Positions 36,152-48,779 of a DNA stretch of 54,561 nucleotides are shown piece after piece (the first letter of the stretch is position 1; each line of letters begins with the position of its first letter). This DNA comes from Trichinella spiralis (Eukaryota). Under the pieces are notes generated by a model. The model was given only the letters and a program-made list of their open reading frames with translations. It had not been told where the DNA came from and did no database searches. The stretch lies in NCBI RefSeq assembly GCF_000181795.1, contig NW_003526943.1, forward strand, positions 5,027,081 to 5,081,641. The letters run 5' to 3'. The position numbers and the translations under genes are program-made.

Positions 36152-38243
36152 ATGACATTGCCTCCGTCGAAACCGTCTGACAGTAATTCTCCAAATTCGG
36201 AAGCGAACGACGAAGAAGGGAAATGGAAAGAAAGTGAGTATGATTTGGCATATTTAAATTTGTTCTTGCTCCAAGAGTTTGTTGTTTAATGGGATTGTTT
36301 GTCCATTAATTAATTAATATTTGTTGTATAATTTGTGCCTTGGTCAACATCTGAGGTCGCAATTATCGTTCGTTAATCCCCCTTTGGGCAGCAAAATTGA
36401 GCAGGTCAAACAGATATATTTGCTGCTGCTCTGTGTGGGATCTTTTGTGGTGGTTGTTGTTCCATTATGACACTGTTGTCGAATGGGTCTGTTTCAGCAC
36501 GTCCAAGACCGTCGGCTTTCAACCGAAGATTCTCCACCGACGAAAGGAAAGAATTTTCTCGTTTCAAAAAAGAAGTGCACAATTGTTTGAGATTGATGGG
36601 CGAAGATGTTGAAGAATTTCGTTCCGAGCTGGAATCGAACGAACCACCGAAAATGGAACTGCTGCGCAAAGTATCCGTGATGTTCGCCCGTCGGTGGAAG
36701 TTGAAAGACGAACTTTCCGAGGTTGCATTTCGCGGTCTGCTTCTCATTTTGGAACACTGTCTCGCCTACCAAGTGACCAACCACGATGCTTTTGCTCACT
36801 TTGTCGAAGTTCTCGGCTATCATACTGTATTTTTTTGGAAGAAGTCAGTTCCACTGCTCTACGACAGCGATATGCAATTCGGTACCGCTTACCGCGATGC
36901 TCTACTGCTCAGGTAGGTTCGATCCGTTTTTCAGGCAATTTGCAATGCAATATCTCTCAATTTTGCATTTCATCCCATTTTTTCTTTGGTTGGAGGTATT
37001 TGTTTCCAGTTTAATAAGGCAAAAAAAGCAATTTGATTTTATACAAATTGTCATGTTGATTTTTGTGCATTTGCAAAAATGCATCCCTCGATCAAGACGA
37101 ATCAGTTTTCCATTGAACAAACAAAGACACAGACAATGTTTGTCCATTTTTGATTAGCATCATATCACCGTGGACTGCCGATTTCTTTCGAATAGAATAT
37201 TCTATTTGCAAATTGATTTCGAAGCATTTTTGCAACAACATCTTTCAATGCTGAAGAAAGCAAATATATACATTTTCCCAATTTTTATTATTAATTTTTT
37301 ACTCAACACTATTAGTTAATAGAATTTTGTTTTGTTTTTCATGAAAAAAAACATATTCGATATGAATGCAATTGAGATATAAAAAAAGGGGGGAAACAAT
37401 TTTCATTTCAACTTCTTTTTTTATTAATGACAAGATGTTTATGATATTATTGGACATTTTAGAAAATTATTGGCAGCTGGTTTGCTAGGCGATGCAAATG
37501 ATGCACATGTTTTTAAATACTTTTATAGCATGCTTCTTCAGCATTGAAGAACATCGTCGGCATGTCTTATTAGCTTGTGACGAAATCAAGCAAGAGTAGT
37601 GAAAAACAATAATTTTAGCAAACAGTGTTTATCGTTGGCTTGATATGATAATAAGTTTTATTTTGATCAGTTAATTTTGTTGACGTTTTCATTTCTGCTT
37701 TGTTGAGTGTTTGTGAAAATTATTTATCTATCTCTATATATATATATATATATATATATTTATTATTGTTTCAGTTTGAAAGACTGGTTGTCAAGTGTTT
37801 TCGACGATTCATTTAATTAGTGCTAAACTTTACTGTTTCTCAGTTGATTGCTTATTGACACATAGTAAGTCTTCTAATGGTTTTTGGTAATAAGGGAAAA
37901 GTTTTAATTTTGTATATATTTTTTAAAAATTAACAACAGTAGTAAATAATTCTGGAAAATGTAGGTTGCTTTATTAATAATTAAGTTTTCAGTATCTGTT
38001 GTTGGTGTGGTTGATTTAGCTGTCATTTATTGTAATTTTATCGTGAGAGAAATATTTAAACATTTTTGCAATTTTATTTTTCAAACATAATTAATTGTGA
38101 AATGTTTACAAAGTTGTTATTCATAAACTTTGTGTAAACATTGCAAATGAATGAATGATGAGAGAAATGCAACTATCAAAACAACAACAGTAAAGTAGGA
38201 ATTTGATTGATTGCTTTATTCTGACGACAGGAATGTGAATGAA

Positions 38244-38274
<31 letters not shown>

Positions 38275-39852
38275 AATATGAATGCGAACCGGAAACTTGT
38301 TAGTTTCATCTATTGCGTTTATGCATGTATTTATTGGATAATGAATATTAATTAATTAATTAATTATTGAATCAGTAAATTGAGCAATGAGAGGAAGATT
38401 ATCTTATTCAAAGCAATCAGGACTGTATATGTTGTTCATTAAATGAAAATGAATACAGATGAAGTTTGCAGGTAGTTTGATGAATGAGTGCGGTTTAAAT
38501 AATTGAGAATTTTTAACGTTTTCACAGTATATTTAACAGTTTCATTTTGACAAGTTGAAAAGATTGCTGCTGAACCAGCAACATGCTTTCTAATAGTAAT
38601 CAGGACGTCACATTCGTTAATATACAATGTAAATTATTCACTATTTGCAAATGTATGTGATGTATTGGAATTTTCTCTCATAATTCTCTTGCTCACGGGC
38701 ATTATATTCTTCTTGGGGAGGTTCTTCTGTTTTTAATTTTGACAAGTTCAACATTTGACAGTGACATGGATGAAGATTGTAACAATTTCATTTATTATTA
38801 AAATATTTTTGTTATAGTATTGTTTGAATTATTGTGATAAATTGGTTAAATAAATAAATTTGCAATCTTATTACAGCAAGAGCGAGATTGTTTTGGTTAG
38901 ACGATAATTTTTAAGAATTGCAAAATCGATCGGTGATTATGCAAGATAGTTTTTATTATTTTTATCTTCTGTTGTTGTTGCTGCTGTTGCTTGCAGTCGT
39001 TCAATTGAGTTGGATGATGTGAGCTGTTAAAGCGGTTTGGAATTTTTTTTCTGCTCATTTTGAATTATTGATGATGATATGCGCGTTGAATGTGTTTTAT
39101 TTCCATTGACCACACGTACATTGTATAGAAATGAATGAATGAACAGCGTGAAAAATGGCGGAATTAAATTATCGATATAGTTTTTATTACCATTTCCAAA
39201 TTTGAGTTGTGAGAAATTGCAGCTTTTGTAATCCATGAATGGATTTTATGAATGTTTGTAGAGAACAACAGCTAGAGATTCGAAAGAAAAATGGAATTGC
39301 ATTTATTATTTTGACACTAGGTGTGAATTTCGTTGAAATTTTTTAAAAGTTATTTTTATTCAGAGCTTTTTGTTTTGCTAATTTGTCATTGATTTTTGAA
39401 ATTGGAGAAAATTGCAATTTGCTTTGATTAGATCATTGAAATGTAGAAGCTGAAGAGGGGAAGTAGAGGAGGGGGGAGAATGTTCAGCTAGCGAACGGAT
39501 CGATCAGTTTTTAAAATCAAAACTTTTCCATATGAAATTATTTTTCATTGATTAATAAATTGGCAAATTTGTAATTTTCAGTTTAACAATATACGATGTG
39601 AATCACGATCGGAATCGTCTTCGAGAATTGTTTGCCGCCGTGCCTGGTCTGAGGGACGCGCTGTTGGCAAAGCACGCGAAACGGTTCGAAGAAGCTTACC
39701 ACCATTTGGTGCTACGACGGCTGAACAGCGTCGGGGTTTCGTCCACCAACCAAGCAATATCCGAAACCAGCGTTTTGGATTTGCTCGTCGATCAGAACAG
39801 CTTGGACGAAGAGGACGGCGACGCCCACAAAGAATACAACAACAACAACAAC

Positions 39853-39901
<49 letters not shown>

Positions 39902-40469
39902 GCTCCAGGAACCATGAAACCCGCGCCTCGTTGTCCACCGACAGCAGCGGCGGAAATTCACACGAAGCTGAAACTCCAGGAATGGTTCTATCGGGCGGCC
40001 TGTCTTCGGGCCACTTTCAGGTAGTTGCTACGAATGAAAACGCTTGCATATTTAATTTAATTTAATTTAATTTAAATTTGAATTAGCTTGTCTTTTTATA
40101 AGTTATTGGATATAATGAGCTTTTTCCTCCGAAACTTTGACTTAGGCATGCGAGTGAAAGTTTGCACAGAGACAGTTGAGTGTCGGGTATGTTGTCGTCG
40201 TACTGTTTGTTGTGGGATAAAATGCATATTTCTTCTCGCAGTTGCCTTTTGCACACTTTTCCATGGTGGTTTTCATTTCATTTTAATTGATTATTATTTT
40301 TTTAATTGTATAGCACCGAATTTTAGGCAATTTGAAATTTCCTAATAGCTTGTTAGTGTTGGTAATTATTGGTGGCAAAGTATTTTATTGATTTTGTCAT
40401 TTTGTGGGTGGAAAGAGTTTGAATAAGTGAAATTTCAGTCTTAATTTTCACATTTGCTTAATGATGTGT

Positions 40470-40561
<92 letters not shown>

Positions 40562-43500
40562 TTTATGCAAACATTTAGATTGAATTTAGTTTCTTTTTCA
40601 AATATTTTCTTTTGTTTGAATTTAAGGTGATAAAGACTTGCTTTTTGAAATTTTGCTACATTGTTGTTCTATTCAACAATGAGCAATCGGTTGTTGTTCA
40701 TGCATGGGTATTTTTAACTTTTGTTTTTATGTTTTAAATTGAGGTATAAATTTTAAAATGGAAAACAAAAGTATCAGCATTCATTCACGTTCACAAGCCA
40801 GACATGTCGATGATAATAATATTTTTTTGTTTCCATTTCTTTGATGTATGGGAATGTTTGAACATTTTTAATCGATGTTTGTATTCAAATTTCAGATATT
40901 TTATTTTCATATTGGTGGTGTGGTCAATTCTGATTCATTTATTTTGCATTCTTTTGCTCTTTTCCATGCATTCTATCGATTTTCTTCTTCAATTTCGATT
41001 CAAACATAAAGTTGCATTTGTGATTTGGTTATGATAATTAGAACAGTTTTTATTCAATAGTACGTAAATTTTAGTTTCATTGTGATGATGTCCATTTTTC
41101 ACGAATCTTTAGTATAAAAATGGTTTTAATTTAAATAATCAGAATTCAACAGCTCTGCTGTATTATTATTATTATTATTATTATTATTGTGAAAATTTAT
41201 TTTCACCGAAGCACCACCAAAAACGGTACTACCAATAAGTAGCAAGTGGGATATTTTAATTTGTCCACATTTTCTTTCGATTCATGTTAAAAAAATGGCA
41301 TATAATTTTGTAATGGGATATTTTTTTTGTATTGCACGTGCTTTTGTTGGATTATTCGAAATGAGCATGATTGTTGGTTGTCGTTCAGGAACGGGTGATT
41401 ACCGTCTCGAATGCACCGCCAGTATCGCTGAGAAAGCGCAATGACAGCGAGTGGGAAATTGGTCAAGGCAGTGGGGGTTTGGTCAGCTGCTGCGAACCCG
41501 TGATGAACAAAGATCCGGAAAACGTTTGGCTGGCTTGTTTCGGACCGCAAGTTCCACTGCGCACGCCTTCGCGCAGTGACACGCCCATTTACGAGCCGAC
41601 AAATTCTTTGGGCTTGCCGTTGGTCAGGAAGAGCAACGCGAATGTCTACCTTAGCATGTTGCAGGATCCGCTCCGGGACGAAGACGAAACTATGCAGGAG
41701 ATTCGCGAGCAGATGTCTTTGTTCGGAGTATTCCGCGCTTACAGCCGTGAAAATTACCACCTGAATCCGGTGGTCGTTCCTGAAAACGACTACAACACTT
41801 TCTACGGTGGCATTTCGAACGGCTTGCTCTGGCCGGCGTTTCACAACCTGCCCGACTACATGGTCAAAGATTACGACAATCCCAAGTTGTTGCAAGAGCA
41901 CTGGCATTCTTACGTGCGCGTCAATTATCAATTTGCGATCAACACAGTGCGCAACAGTCGGCCGCAGGATTTCATCTGGGTCCACGACTACCATCTCCTG
42001 TTGACCGGTTCCATTATTCAGTCGTTGGATTCGAACTTCGAGGTGGGCTTTTTCTTGCACACGCCCTTCCAACTGCCTCCGGATTTTTTCGTCAAATACC
42101 GGTCGATCGCGTTGGCCATACTGTGCGGCATGACTCGCTTCAGCAAGGTCGGTTTCCAAACCCACCGGGACCGTGCGACTTTCATCAGCCTCGTCCAGCA
42201 GTACTTGTCCACGTCGACCGTCGTCCACGTCCAACGCACCGACAGCTACCGTATCACGCACGGAGGCTGGACGACGTCGGTGGGCGTTTTTCCGGTCAGT
42301 ATTAAAAATGAAGAATATCTGAATTTGGCGAAAAGTGATGAAACGCAGAAGCAGGCCCGAGAAATTCGCCGACGAATCCTCGGCGAGACCAACGCCCAAG
42401 GGAAGTTGTTCTTTTCGTGCGAACGGTTCGACTACACCAAGGGGATCAAGGAAAAGTTGCTCGCGTTCGACAAATTTCTCACCGACCATCCGGAACGTTT
42501 GGGCAAAGATGTTCTCTACCAAGTGGCGGTGATCAACCGTCGCGGCGTGGACAGCTACCGTGAATACCAGGACGCGTGTTTGGAACTGGCGGACCGGATC
42601 AACGCCAAACACCGACCGCCGGCCAACCATCCCGACTGGAAAGCGGTCGTTTTCCAAACCGACGGCTTGCCCAGGAGCAGCGTGGTCGCCTGCTATTTGG
42701 CCATGGACGTGGGCGTGGTGACGCCGATCAAGGACGGCATGAATCTGGTCGCCAAGGAGATGTTGGTCAGCAATCCCAAGGCGGGTTTGATATTGTCCTG
42801 CGGTGCCGGTACGGAACAGCAGTTTTCGTCGGCCGGCTTCTACAGCGACACGTTGCGCTGCTACCACCGTCTGGAAAATTTGAACGACTGCGCTGAATTC
42901 GCCTCGCTGTTCTACGACGCTGCGCTGGAGCCGGCTGAACAGGCCAGCGCCCACGGTCAGTTGTTGTTCGACTTTTTGATGGCGAACGACATCGAAAAAT
43001 GGTCCGGTGCATTTTTGGACTACAGTTGGACTCACGAGGTGATCGAGCCGGTCGAAGTGACCAGCCTGGCCGAATTCTACTCGTTGATGTTCCAGACCAG
43101 GACCGTACGCCGGCAGATCGTAGAACGCGTGGTACGCGGCTGTCCGATCCGCGCCCGCTTTTCCATTTCGTTGAAAAACGTGCGTGCCAGTCTCAAAGCT
43201 GCATGCAAGCAGGGCAACGTGGTCGAATTGCGCAGTTCGTCCCTGTCGCCGCCGCCGCCGTCGTCGTCGTCGTCGACCAATTCACATCATCCTGCCGACA
43301 CCACCCCATTAGCCAGACTGGACATTTCCGACGAGCTCAGGCAGATCGATTTGGATATTTCGTTTTTGGAATTTGTCCAGAGTGACGACTACGACAATTT
43401 GGAACAATTTTTGCACAACTTGGCCAAACACCACGTCGACGGACCAGAGGCGTTTTTCAAAGAAGTGGCCCAGGCGACCCAGTTGATGTACCGCGGCGAC

Positions 43501-44430
43501 CATTTCCGCTACTTTTTCTCCGACCGCGACGGTACGCTCAAAGACTACGCCTGCAGTTACACGAGCAGCATCCAGCCGGCCTACAGTGCCGTGATCCAGG
43601 CCACGTTCGCCAACCGTTGCACCCAGTATGCGGCCATACTGACGTCGGCACCGTTGATGAACTACGGCATTTTGGACATGGTCGTCTTGCCGGACGGCTA
43701 TTTCTGTTACGGGGCGTCGATCGGCCGCGAATGGTACATCGACGCGACGCGCAAATTCAAAGACAACAGCATCGGCGAACGGGAGATGAACCTTTTGGAA
43801 AAAGTCGCCGATGCCGTGCGCGAACAGCTCTGCCGTCCCGAATTTCAAATGTTCAACTGGATCGGTTCCGGTTTGCAAAAGCACTACGGTCACATTACCG
43901 TCGCCCACCAGGACTGTTACCGGTCGGTGCCGGCCGACCGTTCGGCCAAGTGGATCGAAACGATTCGTGCGCTTGTCCATGCCGTCGACCCAGACAACCG
44001 GACATTCCAACTGTACGAAGGGGAAACCGACGTCAGAGTGCTGCTCCGTTCCGTTCACGGGACCCAGACGACCGTGTTCACCAAAGGCGACGGGATCGAA
44101 TTGTTCCTGCGCGAAATGGAACTTTCACTAGACGACGGCAACGTGCTCGTCTGCGGCGATTCGGACACCGACTTGCCCATGTTGAGCAAAGTGTTGTCGT
44201 TGAATCCCGAACGAACTTACACGATCTGGGTCACCCAGTCGGACAAGCTGAAACGGGACGTGGAAACGTTGTGCGGCCGCTTCAACAACGCCAACTACGC
44301 TTTCGTCTCGTCGCCGGGCGTCCTGTTGAGCGCCATGGCCCAGGCGACGATTCGCGAAATACGCGTCCGGCCGTCGACCGACCGTAGGCCGTCGTTTCGA
44401 AACTATCCCGGCGGCAGTGTTTGTGTCTGA
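36152..44430 (+). CDS. tps: Alpha,alpha-trehalose-phosphate synthase with C-terminal T6P-phosphatase (HAD) domain, nematode type, ~1325 aa; exons 36152-36233, 36498-36912, 39582-40020, 41389-44430
   Basis: GT20 motifs VSNAPP, GSGGLVS, FYGGISNGLLWPAFH, IWVHDYHL, GFFLHTPF, ERFDYTKGI and DGMNLVAKE. HAD motifs SDRDGTL and CGDSDTD. Nematode-type N-terminal extension YRDALLLSLTIYDVN...RLRELFAAVPG. Exons join in frame (3978 nt). Confidence 0.95.
39838..39900 (+). repeat. (AAC/AAT)n coding microsatellite giving a poly-Asn tract in TPS exon 3
   Basis: AAC run followed by an AAT run, in frame. Confidence 0.95.
40472..40561. repeat. (ATT)n microsatellite, about 30 units, in TPS intron 3
   Basis: Uninterrupted ATT repeat visible in the sequence. 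Confidence 0.95.
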
Positions 44431-44557
44431 TTCGTTGACGAAAGAACAAATCGAAAGCAAACGACCGATCGATTGGTTGATTTCTTCTTTTTCAAGCATA
44501 TTCTAACTGAATTATTCACTTTATTATTTATTAATTATTTTCAGTGGACAATTTCGT

Positions 44558-44594
<37 letters not shown>

Positions 44595-45315
44595 TTATTT
44601 TGTTTACTGCTGCTCATTAACATTACCATAACAACTGTGAATAACGTCGCTTACGGGGCCGATTCTGGGAATTTTCTTCTTTCCTTTCCCTCTACTCTCT
44701 ATGCCTTATTATTATTATTATTATATTATGCCATCCATCGTATTCTTTTTTTTTCTTTGTTGCCATCTGTCGTCGTTATTTCTTAAATTTCAAACGTGTA
44801 AAAAATTCTGTTTTTCTTTTAAAAAAAAATCTTCCATTCGACACTTCTGCTGCTGGTGGTGGTGGTGGTGAATGAACATTTGGCTACAAGTGATGATGAT
44901 AATGGTTGGTTATTCGAAAGTTGACTTAGCAAACCAATACATAAAGCATAAACACACATATATATGGGTTAATGCTGTTTTCTTTATTTTTTTTCACAGC
45001 ATTCATATATAGTCAGTTATTATATTTTGGAAATAATAAAACTAGTGTAACATCAATCATTATTGTGTCAAATGCAAAAATATATTTTTTTTTACCTATT
45101 TCAACTGATGAAATAAATGCAAGCGTGTGAATCTCTACTTTTTTTCAAATGACATAACTGCCTGCAACTGTAAATGAGCGAAGCGAATAAATAAAGTTGT
45201 AAATAATGTATTCATTCAAAAAATTAAGAAAAATATTTTCATAAACAAGTGAAAACGCAACTGCAGCAGTTTGGGCGAAAGTTGAAACCAAACGACGGCA
45301 GCTAAATTTCTTTCT

Positions 45316-46256
45316 TCATTTGAACTGTTCATTTCGAGGATAATATTTTTCAATGGTTTCTCTCAGATAATCCGGCCCCATCAATTCCGACTAAAATACA
45401 ACATTATACAAACAAATTATTAAGCAACTAGCAGTAATTTATAATTAGAATAATAATGCATTATTGTACATTCATAGGTTCGATGGCAACATGCCGCAAC
45501 GGTGGAGTGGAAGAAACAACTGCCGTTTTTGGAGAAATTACTTCTGACGTCTTCAGTGACACTCCAACTCCAACTATGCAGTGATCTGTTATTTCAACAT
45601 TCGGTCCAACGTGAGCTGTGCAAAAATAATATTTCACAAGATAAATAAATATGTTAAATAAAACAAAAAAGGGTAACCATTCAGCATATAACAAAAATAT
45701 ACAATTATTACCTTTAACCTCTAAAAGGTTATTATCTCCAACTTTCAGGGCTTCACAGTCTATAAAACAACTATTACATTTAAAAATTCCATTTCATTTC
45801 ATTTTTCTTTCTCACGAGATTGTATCCCAAAAACATTATTATTTCCAATTGTCATTGTCAAGCCTTTGTGCCTATTTATAATTGAAGCAGACACTTCGAA
45901 AATGTTATTTTCTCCAATAACTATGGGACCTTCTTCGGCACGAATTTCCACTCTCGAAGCAACAACCGTTCCAGGCCCTAAAAAAAGCATTCAGTATTTT
46001 CAAAAAATTAAAAAAACCAATTTAAATCACTAACCAATTTTTACATCACCCTGTATAATAGCGTTGGCTGGCACGAAACAATCTTTAGCCGGAGTACTTC
46101 TGTTACAAATTCAACAATGCAAAATTTAACGTGAAAACAAATTCAACAGCATTTTGTACTGTTTGTTCTAACTTGCGCACTATTAATACAACTGAATGCA
46201 AATAATTAAGTTAAAAATACTCACTTTTCGCTTCCTGAAATGTCTTCATTAGACAT
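45316..46256 (-). CDS. dctn6: Dynactin subunit 6 (p27), left-handed beta-helix protein, about 6 exons
   Basis: Spliced peptide [36 protein letters not shown]...MTIGNNNVFG...CEALKVGDNNLLEVKAHVGPNVEITDHCIVG...DYLRETIEKYY shows hexapeptide repeats and DCTN6 motifs. Confidence 0.9.
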
Positions 46257-46673
46257 TTTTGAAAAAAAAAGTTAACTGACCATCTGATGGTACCGTTGTT
46301 TACTACATCAGTGACTGTCAATATAAAGATGTTCAAGATTTATTATGAACAACGATTCCAATCTGAAAACAAAACATTGCAATATTCATTTTCACAATAA
46401 AAATTGCTCTTTTCTTCAGTAAAAATCAATTTTTCTTGCATTTCTTAAATTAATACATTTGACGTAGTAAAATTGTTATATCAGTACACATATATAATAA
46501 AAAACACTATACAACGGAAAATAACACTTTATTGATCAATCACACCAAAATTTCTTAAAAAATCATTTTTCTTAAAAGCGAATAACATTTTTCAAACGTC
46601 ACGTTGTTCATAAGCATGCACCGCACATGCGTCACCAAAATCCTTTTGAGCCTGTATGTTCTTTTCCATCCTT

Positions 46674-47503
46674 TTATAAATGAAAGCCAACACGATCACG
46701 AGGTATCAGTCTCAATTCAGAACCATGTTTCATAAAAACGGAACCTAAATTGTATCGCCGCTTTTAATTTCACAACATTTCACTCGCTATCTTTCTTTAC
46801 CAGCAGTTTGAGAAGGTGTGATGCCAATACCATCATTTGTAATTATGGCGCTTGTTTCAGAAGGAACGTTAAACTTAAATAAATAAATAAATATTAACCA
46901 AAAATTAGGCGATAAAAACATACTTGCTCAGCTACAAATTTTAGAACAGCTGTAAATGGAGTGTTCTCCGGAACGCTAAGCCTAAAATATAGTAGCAGCT
47001 GTAAAAATCAAATGTAATTCGTTGGAAAATAAATTAGCAGTTATGAATCACCATACAAAATTCCCAAATTTTAAAACATTCAACGATTACATTAAGAAAA
47101 TGGAAATTTAAATACTACTTTCACAAAAATGCTGCTGCTGTTGAATCATAGTTCCTTCCATTTGTTTTGCGTGAACAATTGGATGATTTCAGATTCAAAA
47201 TTAATTTTGTCCAAAATTTTCTCATCTAATGCAGCTATTCATAGATTCACAGAAAATAAGGACTCCAACATTCAAAAGCAAACATTCCATTAAGAATTAT
47301 TTCAAAAATGCTTAAACCATCAAAAAAGCAACAGCAAATTTAAAATTACATTAAATTTCCATAATTTATATCATTTAGGAAATTAAAATAAATTCACATT
47401 TTATACTTTAAGCAGTATATACGTACACTTTGAAAGGTAACTTTGGATCACTTGTAAGTGTAATTTTAAAACTAACTTTTGAAGAATCGCCACTGCTTGC
47501 CAT
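46674..47503 (-). CDS. ufm1: Ubiquitin-fold modifier 1, 4 exons
   Basis: [84 protein letters not shown], closely matching UFM1. Confidence 0.97.
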
Positions 47504-47752
47504 GAGAGTAACGAATCACATCGGTGATAAACAATAAATAGTATACGATATTACAGTAAGAAAAGTAACTGATTGTTAGGTTTAATAAAATTTATTTACA
47601 AATGTCAACATAAAAAGAATAGAATATCCTTAACAAATGTAACATATACTACTTAGAATAATGCTAACCCATCACTTAACCACACTTTTAAGTAATTTTC
47701 AGAAATCCTGTGAATAAAACTGTTGTAAAAGTTCAAAGAAGATAGTAACCCT

Positions 47753-48173
47753 TGTAACGAGGCGCTCTCCCGGGCGGGCTCATTCGTCGCCTCAACAGGG
47801 TTGCTGAGACAGTCATCACCGAATGACGACGCGCCGGTGTTGACCTGCGGGTTCATCTTCGCGTCTGTATCGTCCGTCCGGTTACTACCAGCCCTGCCGC
47901 CCCTTTTCCCTAATTCACGCTTTGTTGGTAACATTCTCGCACTCAAAGCACAGAACAAAAATACAGTATTTATTCGCAATAACAACAACGACCACCACCG
48001 TATATCGCAAACAACAAACTATCGCTCCATTGCTACTAATAATAGTCACGTTCCACGGTACTCTTTCCTGATCTTCAAGTACCGGTCAGCTTATGGTAGC
48101 TTTGTTCTTCTTCCTCATCTTCGTTATCTAGAGAAGCACAGCAGTTGTTAGTTGTCGGTCTGCGTCTGCTACA
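47753..48173 (-). mobile_element. Solo LTR (421 bp) with 4-bp target-site duplication CCCT
   Basis: Begins TGTAAC and ends GCTACA. Flanked by CCCT at 47749-47752 and 48174-48177. GC-richer than the flanks. AATAAA on the minus strand near 47970. Confidence 0.8.
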
Positions 48174-48779
48174 CCCTCGTTTTGTTCCAGATTTAACAAA
48201 AGAAAAGACGAAACCACCGGTATGAGCACTTGTTCTTTGCACCCACTTTTTACATATTGCAAAGTAGAAAACACCTCACAAAGTATCTTTACATATAATG
48301 TGGAATACTGTTCGCCAACTTTTTTTGCATTAAAGTGCATGCGCAGTCGCAATTGCATTTGCATGCGTTTAAGCATTTTTGCATTTTATAGTAAATATTC
48401 TCATGACCAATGTAACTTCTTTATATTTGCTGAGAATTTTTTGTGTCTATTTTGAAGAACAAAATTTTAAAAGATGTCTCACTTTACATGAATATGGCAA
48501 TAAAGAAGTGATATTAATGATTAAAAATAGTGCTTCTTCACAGTTTTACATTCACTGTTCAAATAATGACCTGCTTTTGTAAATTTTATTTCTTCACGTC
48601 TGTGCTAATCAGCAGACTTGCACAGAAACATTTCCGCTTTTTACTTCAAGCGCTTCCGAACTTTGTATTACAACAGCAGCCAACAATCAACAACAGTATG
48701 AATCAATAACAAACAAATCTGAACTATATTACAATATATACAATGGACAAAAATAAACTATACAATATTAATGAATATA

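Noticed and set aside
41287..43035. 582-aa antisense ORF, plus other long overlapping ORFs within tps
   Set aside because: Shadow frames expected from GC3-rich codon usage on the sense strand; no recognisable domain.
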